Source of the DNA: Tubiluchus corallicola
Lineage: Eukaryota; Animalia; Priapulida
Reading direction: 5' to 3'
Length of the DNA: 64,000 nt
Assembly: GCA_030141605.1 (NCBI GenBank)
Contig: JAQGDQ010002389.1
Location: 62,001 to 126,000 of the forward strand
Part shown: piece by piece, positions 32,670 to 42,011 of the stretch
How the letters are laid out: each line of letters starts with the position of its first letter
How positions within the stretch are numbered: the stretch's first letter is position 1
Notes under the pieces: model-generated
The model's input: the letters and a program-made list of their open reading frames with translations, nothing else
Told to the model about the DNA's origin: nothing
The model's database searches: none
Program-made: the position numbers and the translations under genes

Positions 32670-33245
32670 ATGCAACCTATCTATACCCGCAGAGGCGATA
32701 GAGGAAAAACCTCTGCGGGAAACAAAAAACAACTCTGCAAAAATCACACTTTCTTCCATCTTATCGGCACCCTTGATGAACTTTGCTCTATCCTAGGGCT
32801 TGTACGATGTTTTACAAAAGACTCTCTCGTCAATACAGCAGTCGCAATTGTGCAAAATGATATCATGGATATCAGCGCTGAATTAAACCAGCTTTTCTCT
32901 GATGAACCTCTTAGCAGCGGCTATAAAATTTCCGCACACTATACCCATAAGCTTGAGAGATTCTGCGATGATCTTCATAAAAATCTCCCCTCTCTTAATC
33001 ATTTTATTCTACCAGGAGGAGCCGATATATCATCAGCGCACCTCCATGTGGCCAGAAGCATAACGCGGCGCGCAGAACGATATCTTTGTAAATGGATATC
33101 AGAAAATAACAGAGTTAACCCTGAAATTCCTCCATACATTAACAGACTTTCAGATCTGCTCTTTCTTCTGGCACGCTATTGTGAAAAAGAGCGAAAAGAT
33201 AACTTATGGAAACCTTGGGAGAATCGTTCCTTACGCCATAAATAA
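32670..33245 (+). CDS. PduO-type ATP:cob(I)alamin adenosyltransferase
   Basis: IYTRRGDRGKT, GTLDEL, FILPGG, HVARSITRRAER, YINRLSDLLFLLAR. Confidence 0.93.
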   Translation: MQPIYTRRGDRGKTSAGNKKQLCKNHTFFHLIGTLDELCSILGLVRCFTKDSLVNTAVAIVQNDIMDISAELNQLFSDEPLSSGYKISAHYTHKLERFCDDLHKNLPSLNHFILPGGADISSAHLHVARSITRRAERYLCKWISENNRVNPEIPPYINRLSDLLFLLARYCEKERKDNLWKPWENRSLRHK

Positions 33246-33348
33246 CAATAACAACATAATTTATAACCAACCTACCTCTTTACAGAATCTCGTTTTTATG
33301 TGATCATTACAGTTAAATAAAGAGGTTATAAAAATATTCATAAAAATA
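32985..33348 (+). repeat. Diverged direct repeat, copy A (pduO 3' half + intergenic promoter/RBS + dead start of SBP gene)
   Basis: Collinear with 34981-35337. Hand count 85/102 identical for 33024-33125 vs 35018-35119. Confidence 0.92.
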
Positions 33349-33501
33349 GATTATCAGCAGATCTTAGTAGCCAAAATACAAAATATGTATTTTATTAGCA
33401 CCAAGCTGTTGAAAGATATTTACCAAGTATTAAACTATTTTTTTGACTTTTTCTTTCAAGAAAAATCTCAACATGATATCGTTTTCTATATAAAAAAGTT
33501 A

Positions 33502-33531
33502 TTGACATTAGAGAAAAAATTTTCCTACTCT
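33502..33531 (+). promoter_or_regulatory. Candidate sigma70 promoter of the low-GC gene
   Basis: TTGACA-N18-TACTCT. Confidence 0.45.
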
Positions 33532-33698
33532 GCTAAGGTATGTGCTTATGGCTAATAATAAAATTAAGATTTCTCTTATTAAAACTTGAAATTCCTTATA
33601 CAGTTGTGCGCTAAAGATATCAACATAAGCTCATCAGCTTTAAGAAATTCTCGCCAGAAATGAGGTGTAATCTTGTCTAATGAAATTTCTAAATTACA

Positions 33699-34877
33699 AT
33701 GCAAATAATCTTAACAGATGATTTCTTGACCTATAAAGAAGGTGTTAATAGCATTCACCACATTTTCAATAGAATGCTTAATTCTGCTTTATTTTCCGCT
33801 TGTGGCCAAAAGCCCTTAAAAATAACTGAAGCTAATTTTGATAGGGAGAAATTTTACTTTTTAAGTAAAATAAAGCCCAAAGATAGATATTTTTTTACAA
33901 ACCAATCTATAAATAAACTATCTGAAGATTACTTAAAAAGTAGATTCAATAAAAAACTAATCATCGGTTTTGAACTTCATAATGAAACAAAAAGCTTACT
34001 TTCTAAGTTAGGAATTGTTTATCTTAACATATGGATACACCCTTTTAAATTACTAGATGATCTCGCCATTTCTTTGGAAACAAATAATAAAGAAATTTAT
34101 CAGAAAATAAAACAATATAAAATTCCGCAAGAAAAATTTATTCTATATGGTAATTATTGGCATGAAAGATTGTCTAATAGTAAAGCAGTTAGCATTCTTA
34201 ATAAAAAAATAAAAGATAATTCATTATTGATTATAGGGCAAACAGAGTTAGATAAATCCCTTGAGAGGGACGGTTATATTTTATCTTTGAATGATTTTCA
34301 AGACAGAATTGATTCTTATAAGGAAGAATATAGCAAAATTTATTATGTTGCTCACCCATCTTTCTTTGGGAGGAGAGGAAAGAAAAATTGGAAGACCTAT
34401 CCTAAATTAAGCAGATTTATAAAAAACAACCCCAAGATAGAGATCATTAATGATTCAACCTATAATTTATTAGCTTGTGATAAAATTAAAAAAATAATAG
34501 GAATATCATCATCAGTTTTATATGAGGCTAAATTCTTCAATAAAGATATTGAATATTTATATCAGCCGCTATTTAAACATGACACTAACAATATAAAAGA
34601 TGGTGTTAGTATTGATAAACACGAGCTTTTTAACCCTAGATTTTGGTCTGAAATTTTAAATCCAATTTATAAAACAAATAAAGATCTTCCTAATATTAAA
34701 TTTGATAACCCTCAAAATAAATGCCGTTGGCTAATGCCTGAAGTTGATGATTTATGGTGGGGATATAAAACCTTAGATAATGAAAAAATTCTCATAAAAG
34801 AAAGAAAATCAAGATCTATAAAATTACAAAAATATTTCTTAAAAGTTAGAAAATTTCTTTTCTTTAGAAAGAATTAG
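33699..34877 (+). CDS. Low-GC surface-polysaccharide biosynthesis protein, probable GT-B glycosyltransferase (Capsule_synth/KpsS/KpsC-like)
   Basis: IIGFEL, IHPFKLLDD, IGQTELDKS, YYVAHP, GISSSVLYEAKFFNK, basic amphipathic C-terminus; visibly more AT-rich than flanks. Confidence 0.6.
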   Translation: MQIILTDDFLTYKEGVNSIHHIFNRMLNSALFSACGQKPLKITEANFDREKFYFLSKIKPKDRYFFTNQSINKLSEDYLKSRFNKKLIIGFELHNETKSLLSKLGIVYLNIWIHPFKLLDDLAISLETNNKEIYQKIKQYKIPQEKFILYGNYWHERLSNSKAVSILNKKIKDNSLLIIGQTELDKSLERDGYILSLNDFQDRIDSYKEEYSKIYYVAHPSFFGRRGKKNWKTYPKLSRFIKNNPKIEIINDSTYNLLACDKIKKIIGISSSVLYEAKFFNKDIEYLYQPLFKHDTNNIKDGVSIDKHELFNPRFWSEILNPIYKTNKDLPNIKFDNPQNKCRWLMPEVDDLWWGYKTLDNEKILIKERKSRSIKLQKYFLKVRKFLFFRKN

Positions 34878-34980
34878 CACCATTTTTTATCTTATTCCGT
34901 AAAGCTTAATTGTTCCTGTAAGTAGGTTTTCTGATGAAACGCTGAATCTTGTGCTAACAACTCTATTCGCCTGCTACTCT

Positions 34981-35238
34981 CTTCCTTTCTTAATCACTTT
35001 ATTACCCAAAAGGAGAAGATATATCAACAGCTCACCTCCATGTAGCGAGAATCACAACATGGCGAACAGAACGATATCTTTACAAATGGACACCAGAAAA
35101 TAACATGATTAACCCTGAAGCACCCCATGCATTAGCAGATTTTTAGATATGCTATTTATTCTGGCTCGCTATTGTGAAAAATAGCCAAATGATGGTTGGT
35201 AAAGTCCTTGGAATAATCTTCCCTTACACCATCAATAA
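34981..35238 (+). pseudogene. Degenerate 3' fragment of pduO (repeat copy B)
   Basis: Translates as LNHFI...DISTAHLHVARITTWRTERYLYKWTPENNMINPE...ISRFLDMLFILARYCEK*...W*SPWNNLPLHHQ*. It has frameshifts and two internal stops, and ends at the same codon position as pduO. Confidence 0.9.
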
Positions 35239-35266
35239 GAGCATAAATTGATAACCAATTCTCCTC

Positions 35267-35321
35267 TTTACAGAATTTTACTTTTATGTGATTATTAGAG
35301 CTTAATAAGGAGGTTATAAAA
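35267..35321 (+). promoter_or_regulatory. Candidate promoter and RBS of the sugar ABC/GH127 operon
   Basis: TTTACA-N17-GATTAT with TG extension, then AAGGAGGT RBS; retained in degraded form in copy A. Confidence 0.5.
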
Positions 35322-36554
35322 ATGGTTATAAAAAATATACAAATACTGGCTCTCTTTTTTCTCTCAATACTTCTTCCATTGATTCCTTCATCAGGGCATG
35401 CCGTCGAGCTTCATGTGTGGATGCGATCGCCATCCGTAATCGCTGTTTTTGACGAGTTCAACAAAAAAATGAAGCGTGAAGGGCGAGATGTCGTTGTTAA
35501 AGCCAATCTTGTTCAAGGAGATAATTTCTCCCCTTTATTTACAGCAGCCCTTTCCGCAGGAGAATCTATTGATGTTGTCAGTATCGACCTTGTTATGGTC
35601 CCTTTTTATAGCCAGATAGGCGCATTTCATGATATTACAAGCCAGTATGAAAAACTTCCCTATAAAGATCAGCTTAACCACGCCATGATGGAGCTAGGAA
35701 AATATAACGGCAACATTTACGCGATTCCCCACGCTGCTGACGTCTCCGCGATGATTTATAATAAAAAGCTATTTCAAAAAGCCGGACTGACCCATCCGCC
35801 TCAAAATTGGGACGAGCTCATTGATTATGCCGGAAAACTTACAAAAGACGGGCGATACGGCTATGCTTTCTCCGGCGGAGATGCAGGTGGTCTTATGTTC
35901 ACCGTTATGCCTTTCGCATGGGCCAATCAAGGCTATTGGCTCTCTGAAGATGGTAAAACCGCTATGCTGGACCATCCTGCTAATATTGAACTGATCGATA
36001 TGCTGCGTACCCTTATAGACAATAAATCAACACCTCGTGGTGTCGTTACTTACAGCTGGACCGCTTTCCAAGAAGCCTTTCTCCAAGAACGAGCCGCCAT
36101 GGTAGGAAGTGGCGGATTTATCATCAGTAGAATAAAAAAAGACAAACCTGACTTAGACTTCGGTGTCTTTCCCTTCTTCAGTAAAGATGGAAAAAATTTC
36201 TCCGCCTTCATTGGAGGCGACCTTCTTGCTATCCCCATTACATCAAAAAACCCCGATATCGCTTGGGAAATTATAGAATTCCTACTTTCAAAAGACGTGC
36301 AGGTGGACATCTTCGCTGCAGAAGGGCGCGTCCCTGTGCGCTATGACTTCTTTGATAACCCATATTATGACGCAGAACCTAAGTATAAAATTTTCGCGGA
36401 AGCATCAAAATTCGGCTATGTTCCCTACACAACCGCTTACAATGAATTGTACAGCCCTTTTCTCGCTGGTTTTCAAAATGCTCTTATCGGAAAAACAACA
36501 ATTCAAAAAGCGCTAGAAACCGCTACAAAAAATATGCAGAAAATCCTCGACTGA
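35322..36554 (+). CDS. Sugar ABC transporter substrate-binding protein
   Basis: Signal peptide (..SGHA), GNIYAIP, YNKKLFQKAG, PQNWDEL, AWEIIEFL. Confidence 0.93.
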   Translation: MVIKNIQILALFFLSILLPLIPSSGHAVELHVWMRSPSVIAVFDEFNKKMKREGRDVVVKANLVQGDNFSPLFTAALSAGESIDVVSIDLVMVPFYSQIGAFHDITSQYEKLPYKDQLNHAMMELGKYNGNIYAIPHAADVSAMIYNKKLFQKAGLTHPPQNWDELIDYAGKLTKDGRYGYAFSGGDAGGLMFTVMPFAWANQGYWLSEDGKTAMLDHPANIELIDMLRTLIDNKSTPRGVVTYSWTAFQEAFLQERAAMVGSGGFIISRIKKDKPDLDFGVFPFFSKDGKNFSAFIGGDLLAIPITSKNPDIAWEIIEFLLSKDVQVDIFAAEGRVPVRYDFFDNPYYDAEPKYKIFAEASKFGYVPYTTAYNELYSPFLAGFQNALIGKTTIQKALETATKNMQKILD

Positions 36555-36596
36555 TTCTTGTTCATTCTCTCTATCCATCAGATAAGGTAACATCTT

Positions 36597-37481
36597 GTGA
36601 AAAAGCGTCGCTCCATCCGTTATAGCGAAACCTTGAAAGCCTATTGCTTTCTAGCTCCCGCGATCCTGCTAATTGGCATTTTCTTCTTCTACCCTTTGGG
36701 AAGAGCCCTTTATATGTCTTTCTTCAAATGGCCCATCTTCGGAAATCCAAGCTTTGTCGCCATGGATAATTATATCCATATTCTTCAAGATGAAAATTTC
36801 CGAAAAGCATTTTGGTTTACTCTGCTTTATACATCCATCGTAACACCAGCCTTGTTTGTTATCGCTTTTATTCTTGCAAACATGGTCAACCAGAAAATAC
36901 CAGGAACAACCTTCTTCAGAAGTCTCTATTTTACTCCTGTCGTCATGTCCTTCATCGCAACTAGCCTTATCTGGCTATGGATCTATCATGATTTATACGG
37001 AATCTTAAACTATTTCCTGGTAAAACTTAACCTCATTACAGAGCCTGTCCCATGGATGACAGATCCCGCGACATCAATTCCAACTGTCGTTCTCTCCGTC
37101 GTATGGAAAATGGCCGGCTTTACAATGATTATCCTCTTGGCAGGCATGCAATCAATTCCTGACAGTTACTACGAATCCGCAACAATCTTCGGGGCTAAAA
37201 CATGGCAGGCAACTCTCTACATTACTATCCCTCTGCTAAAAACATCCTTTGCTCTTGCCCTTATTATTTCCATCGCGGGCTCTGTGCTCGCTTTTGACCA
37301 ATTTGTCGTTATGACTCAAGGAGGACCTGCCCATTCAACGCGAACACTCATTATGTACATATATGAAACATCTTTTGTAAAAATTCAATTAGGTGTTGGC
37401 GCCGCAATGTCCATGATAACAACCTTTTTCCTTATTCTGATGACCATTGTACAGCTTTATCTATTACGTAAAAAACACTGA
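36597..37481 (+). CDS. Sugar ABC transporter permease
   Basis: FLAPA, FRSLYFTPVV, EAA loop (YYESATIFGA), TQGGP. Confidence 0.93.
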   Translation: MKKRRSIRYSETLKAYCFLAPAILLIGIFFFYPLGRALYMSFFKWPIFGNPSFVAMDNYIHILQDENFRKAFWFTLLYTSIVTPALFVIAFILANMVNQKIPGTTFFRSLYFTPVVMSFIATSLIWLWIYHDLYGILNYFLVKLNLITEPVPWMTDPATSIPTVVLSVVWKMAGFTMIILLAGMQSIPDSYYESATIFGAKTWQATLYITIPLLKTSFALALIISIAGSVLAFDQFVVMTQGGPAHSTRTLIMYIYETSFVKIQLGVGAAMSMITTFFLILMTIVQLYLLRKKH

Positions 37482-38342
37482 TTGGCAATAAAGAGATATA
37501 TAATGATCTATCCAAAATATCGTAAATACGGGCTATATGCAGGGCATGTAATCGCTGCCCTCTTCTTTCTCTTTCCCATTTTATGGGCCCTTTCCACATC
37601 TCTTAAAACATCAGAGCAAGTATTGGCTTACCCACCTGAGTTCATTCCCTCACCTATAACATTAGATAATTATTCCAACATATTGACAATACAGAATAAT
37701 CTGTTTTTCAAAATGTTCATAAACAGCACAATTGTAACAACATTAACAGCTCTCCTAGTTTCCGCTATCAGCACATTCGCCGGCTATGCTTTTGCTTACT
37801 TTAATTTCAAAGGAAAAGAATTTATTTTCGTCTGCATGTTATCAACAATCCTCGTTCCCTTTCAAGGGCTTCTTATCCCTCTCTTTGACCTCATGCGTTC
37901 CTTAAAGCTTCTTAATACATATACTTGCCTCATTGTTATCTACACAACATTTCAGCTACCTTTTGGAATCTTCATGATGCGAAACTCCTTCGCAGCCCTC
38001 CCAAGCGCTCTTCGAGAATCCTCCTATATGGACGGAGGAAGCGAACTAAAAACAATGTGGTTTGTCATGTTGCCACTCGCTCTGCCCGGCATCCTCACAA
38101 CTATTGTCTACAGCGTCTATGTCACATGGAACGACTTCCTTATTGCCCTTGTCTTTAACGTAAAAGGAGAAATGACACTCTTGCCTGTAGGTCTGCGTAA
38201 CTTCTCCATAGGGCAATTCGGAACCCAATGGGAAACCCTAATGGCAGGAACAATTATCAGCTTTATTCCTGTAATTCTCCTTTACGCATGGCTCCAGCAA
38301 TATTTCATCAAAGGAATTACCGGAAGCGCCATGAAAGAATAA
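37482..38342 (+). CDS. Sugar ABC transporter permease
   Basis: STSLK, AGYAFA, EAA loop (LRESSYMDGG), WNDF, QQYFIKGIT. The start may be ATG 37504. Confidence 0.93.
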   Translation: MAIKRYIMIYPKYRKYGLYAGHVIAALFFLFPILWALSTSLKTSEQVLAYPPEFIPSPITLDNYSNILTIQNNLFFKMFINSTIVTTLTALLVSAISTFAGYAFAYFNFKGKEFIFVCMLSTILVPFQGLLIPLFDLMRSLKLLNTYTCLIVIYTTFQLPFGIFMMRNSFAALPSALRESSYMDGGSELKTMWFVMLPLALPGILTTIVYSVYVTWNDFLIALVFNVKGEMTLLPVGLRNFSIGQFGTQWETLMAGTIISFIPVILLYAWLQQYFIKGITGSAMKE

Positions 38343-38367
38343 ATACCCAAAAAAGAAAGAGCAAACA

Positions 38368-40272
38368 ATGGCTAATACTCTTAAACCTATGAGACTAATC
38401 CCTCTTCCCCTCGGCAGTATCACCCCTGAAGGATGGCTAAAGCAGCAGCTTATTATACAAAAAAATGGGCTTTCAGGGCATCTGGAAGACTTCTGGAAAG
38501 ATATTAAAAACAGCGGATGGATCGGTGGAAAAGCTGAAGGATGGGAAAGAGCGCCCTATTGGCTTGACGGATTTATTCCTCTCGCCTTCCTGCTTGATAA
38601 TCCTACTATGATTGAAAGAGCGCATTTTTGGATAAACGCTATACTTGATTCTCAAGAAAAAAACGGATGGGCTGGCCCTGTTTATGATCCTTGTGGCTAT
38701 GATTACGATCCTTGGCCCCTTTTCATTGTCTGTAAAGCCATGACACAATATTACGACGCAACAGAAGATAAGCGAGTCCTAGGCTTTCTTGAAAAATTCT
38801 TCCAATTTCTTAAAAACGATCTTCCTAGGAGAATCTTACGCTCTTGGGGACGATACCGCTGGGCAGACGCCCTTGTCAGTATTCATTGGCTATATGATAA
38901 AAATAATGAGCCATGGCTCCTAGAACTTGCCGATCTTATTTATCAGCAGGGATTTAAATGGATATCCTACTATCAGGAAATGCCTATTAAAGAAAAAATT
39001 ATTCGACCGGAAATGTCACTAGATAACCATGTCGTTAACTGCGCCATGAGCGTTAAAGCTCCCCTTGTCGCTTATCGGCAAACACACAAAGATAACGACA
39101 AAAAAGGAACCGACTTTATTATTAATCAATTAGAAAAATACCACGGTCAAGCAACAGGCGTCTTCAGTGGTGACGAACATCTTGCAGGACTCTCCCCTGC
39201 TCAGGGAACAGAATTATGCGCTGTTGTCGAATATATGTACTCTCTGGAAATCGCTGGCGCTATCTCCGGAAAGACTGCCTTTTTTGATCGCCTTGAAATG
39301 ATCGCCTATAACGCCCTGCCTGCAACAATCTCTCCAGATATGTGGTCTCACCAATATGACCAACAGGTCAATCAGGTGCAAGCCATTATAACAACTGATA
39401 ACTCATGGACAACAAACGGTTACGATTCAAGTATCTTCGGACTGGAGCCAAATTTTGGATGCTGCACAGCAAACATGCACCAAGGATGGCCTAAACTTAC
39501 AAGCCACCTGTGGATGTATAACCAAAACGGAGGCGCTTCTCTCTGCGTGTGGGCACCTTGCCAAGTAAAACTCATAATCCAAAATAAACCCATTATTGTA
39601 ACAGTCCAAACAAATTACCCTTTCTCCGGAAACGCTGAAATCACTCTGAATATTCCAGAAGAAATGACTTTTCCTTTAGAATTCAGAATCCCTCAATGGG
39701 CAAACGAAAAACACATTTCAGCAACGCTTAATGACCAGCCATTAAAAGGAATGAAATCTGGTGAATTTTACAAAATTCATCAAAAATGGCCTACCGGAAA
39801 ACAAACAATAACCTTCCAGTTTCCTATGGCCCTCCGCTGGAAACATCGCTATAATAATGCCGTTTCTCTTTACTATGGCCCCATCATGATGGCCCTAAAA
39901 ATAAAAGAACAATGGACAAAAATAACTCCCTACAACACACCATGGAGCGATTGGGAAGTACGCCCTCTTTCCTCTTGGAATTATGCCTTGGCTCTCGACG
40001 ATCTTGAAAATGTGCTCGTCAAAGAAGAAAAGCACTGGGAAAAATCTCCCTTTAATACACAAACTCCCCCTCTTACCTTAATAATCAATGGCTATAAGCT
40101 CCATAACTGGATAATGAAACATAATGCCGCCATCCCTCTTTCTGCCAAGCAGATCAGTGACTATGAAAAAGCGGAGGAAATCACACTAATCCCTTATGGC
40201 GCGACAAACTTACGGATTGGTGAATTTCCGCTGATATCTTCCTCCTTAACAAAGAATAATACTGAATTTTAA
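38368..40272 (+). CDS. GH127/GH146-like cysteine glycosidase (beta-L-arabinofuranosidase family)
   Basis: LGSITPEGWL, WERAPYWLDG, GTELCAVVE and GCCTANMHQGWPK (Glu/Cys/Cys-Cys Zn ligands), AYNALP, TNYPF, LIPYG; no signal peptide. Confidence 0.85.
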   Translation: MANTLKPMRLIPLPLGSITPEGWLKQQLIIQKNGLSGHLEDFWKDIKNSGWIGGKAEGWERAPYWLDGFIPLAFLLDNPTMIERAHFWINAILDSQEKNGWAGPVYDPCGYDYDPWPLFIVCKAMTQYYDATEDKRVLGFLEKFFQFLKNDLPRRILRSWGRYRWADALVSIHWLYDKNNEPWLLELADLIYQQGFKWISYYQEMPIKEKIIRPEMSLDNHVVNCAMSVKAPLVAYRQTHKDNDKKGTDFIINQLEKYHGQATGVFSGDEHLAGLSPAQGTELCAVVEYMYSLEIAGAISGKTAFFDRLEMIAYNALPATISPDMWSHQYDQQVNQVQAIITTDNSWTTNGYDSSIFGLEPNFGCCTANMHQGWPKLTSHLWMYNQNGGASLCVWAPCQVKLIIQNKPIIVTVQTNYPFSGNAEITLNIPEEMTFPLEFRIPQWANEKHISATLNDQPLKGMKSGEFYKIHQKWPTGKQTITFQFPMALRWKHRYNNAVSLYYGPIMMALKIKEQWTKITPYNTPWSDWEVRPLSSWNYALALDDLENVLVKEEKHWEKSPFNTQTPPLTLIINGYKLHNWIMKHNAAIPLSAKQISDYEKAEEITLIPYGATNLRIGEFPLISSSLTKNNTEF

Positions 40273-40342
40273 TGTTGCTATCAAGGGATTTTTCAGAGTA
40301 TATTTTATATTAATATACTAACTACAAAAAAGGAATGAATAG

Positions 40343-40465
40343 TTGACAAAAGATAATAAAAAAGAAAAGCCAGATATCATATTTATAATTGCTGTGCTGC
40401 TTCTTATCGGAACTATTGCAGGAGGTATTTTCATCTCTTCTAATATAAGCACAATTATAAGATAA
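40343..40465 (+). CDS. Putative 40-aa single-pass membrane small protein
   Basis: TTG start with AAGGAA upstream; MTKDNKKEKPDIIFIIAVLLLIGTIAGGIFISSNISTIIR*. Confidence 0.55.
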   Translation: MTKDNKKEKPDIIFIIAVLLLIGTIAGGIFISSNISTIIR

Positions 40466-40527
40466 CACTTGAAAAACAATGAATTGGATTAACAAGTTAA
40501 TTTTTTACATTAGCTTTAAATCCAGCA

Positions 40528-41991
40528 TTATTTTTCCGTCAGGCCTCCCATGTAAATATACTTGATCTCTAAATAGTCGTCCAAACCATATTTAGACCCC
40601 TCACGACCAATCCCAGATTCCTTCACGCCTCCAAATGGAGCAACTTCAGAAGAGATCATCGTCTCATTCACGCCCACAATCCCACTCTCTAAACGATCGG
40701 CAACACGCCAAACACGCGCCATATCTTGACTGTAAACATACGCCGCCAGACCATAAGGTGTGCTATTTGAAAGCGCAATCGCTTCCTCCTCATTCCTAAA
40801 GCGAAAACAAGCCGCAACAGGCCCAAAAGTCTCTTCCTGCGCTAGGCGCATTGAAACATTCGCTCCTGAGACAACCGTCGGCTCATAAAAAGTTCCCCCT
40901 AAATCATGCGTGCTCCCACCACATAAAATCGACCCTCCCTTTTGCAGAGCATCAGAAACATGAGCCGATACTTTCTTTAGCGCATTCTCATTAATCAATG
41001 GTCCCTGAGTAACCCCTTCATGCAAGCCATTTCCGACTTTTAAAGAACGAACGCAAGAAACAAATGCCTCCATAAAAGCATCATAAATCCCATCCTGAAT
41101 CAAAAACCGATTAACACAAATACACGTTTGGCCAGTGTTTCTAAATTTAGCAGAAATAGACCCTTCTACCGCTTTGGCAAGATCGGAATCGTCAAAAATA
41201 ATGCAAGGAGCATTGCCACCGAGCTCTAAAGAGATTTTTTTCAGCCCTCGCGCAGAACGCTCCATTAAATTCCGCCCAACCGCACTTGAGCCCGTAAATG
41301 AAATTTTCTTAACAGCAGGATGATCCATAAAAACATCACTAATAGCAATTTCATCCCCTACAATAACATTAAATACATATTCAGGAATTCCTGCTTCCTG
41401 CGCAAGAGAGGCTAAAGCTAAAGCCGATAGAGGTGTTTCTGGCGCCGGCTTTACAACAATTGTACATCCTGCCGCCAGAGCTGCTCCTACCTTCCGCGTA
41501 ATCATCGCTAAGGGAAAATTCCAAGGAACAATTGCCCCCACAACTCCAATAGGCTCCTTCGTAACAAAAATGCGGGATTCTAAACGAAATGAAGGGATAA
41601 TATCTCCGTAAACACGTTTGGACTCCTCTGAAAACCATTCCAGAAAACTCGCCGCGTAAAGAACTTCTCCTTGCGATTCAGCTAAAGGTTTTCCTTGCTC
41701 GGAGGTGACAATAAGCGCCAGATCATCCTGATACTCTATCATCAATTCGCTCCAGCGCCTTAGCAGCCTTCCACGCTCCTTCGCAAGAAGACGGCGCCAT
41801 ACAGAAAAGGCTTGCTGCGCCATGTCAACAACATCACGCACCTCATCCTCTTCCGCCCACGCAATAGAAGCAATCTCTTCCTGTGTCGCTGGATTATAAA
41901 CAGAATGGCTCGCCCGAGAGCTTAACGACTGCCATCGGCCATCCTTATAAAATAAACCCTTCAGTAAAAGATCATGCTCTAAACGCATCAT
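40528..41991 (-). CDS. gabD: NAD(P)-dependent succinate-semialdehyde dehydrogenase
   Basis: PWNFP, FTGS, LELGGNAP, KFRNTGQTCIC, EETFGP, PFGGVKESGIGREGSKYG. Confidence 0.9.
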   Translation of the reverse strand: MMRLEHDLLLKGLFYKDGRWQSLSSRASHSVYNPATQEEIASIAWAEEDEVRDVVDMAQQAFSVWRRLLAKERGRLLRRWSELMIEYQDDLALIVTSEQGKPLAESQGEVLYAASFLEWFSEESKRVYGDIIPSFRLESRIFVTKEPIGVVGAIVPWNFPLAMITRKVGAALAAGCTIVVKPAPETPLSALALASLAQEAGIPEYVFNVIVGDEIAISDVFMDHPAVKKISFTGSSAVGRNLMERSARGLKKISLELGGNAPCIIFDDSDLAKAVEGSISAKFRNTGQTCICVNRFLIQDGIYDAFMEAFVSCVRSLKVGNGLHEGVTQGPLINENALKKVSAHVSDALQKGGSILCGGSTHDLGGTFYEPTVVSGANVSMRLAQEETFGPVAACFRFRNEEEAIALSNSTPYGLAAYVYSQDMARVWRVADRLESGIVGVNETMISSEVAPFGGVKESGIGREGSKYGLDDYLEIKYIYMGGLTEK

Positions 41992-42011
41992 ACCCCCGCA
42001 AAGAAAATACG

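Larger units (their letters stand above)
34981..35337 (+). repeat. Diverged direct repeat, copy B (pseudo-pduO + promoter/RBS + live ATG of SBP gene)
   Basis: Shares ATAACCAA, CCTCTTTACAGAAT, TTTTATGTGAT, GAGGTTATAAAAAT with copy A. Confidence 0.92.

Noticed and set aside
33385-33555. 56-codon ORF (MYFISTKLL...) inside the island
   Set aside because: No RBS at the ATG, low-complexity AT-driven composition, overlaps the likely promoter, no recognisable motif.
34925-34960. CTGATGA resembling a hammerhead ribozyme core
   Set aside because: No stem II plus GAAA in the right arrangement and no flanking helices found.
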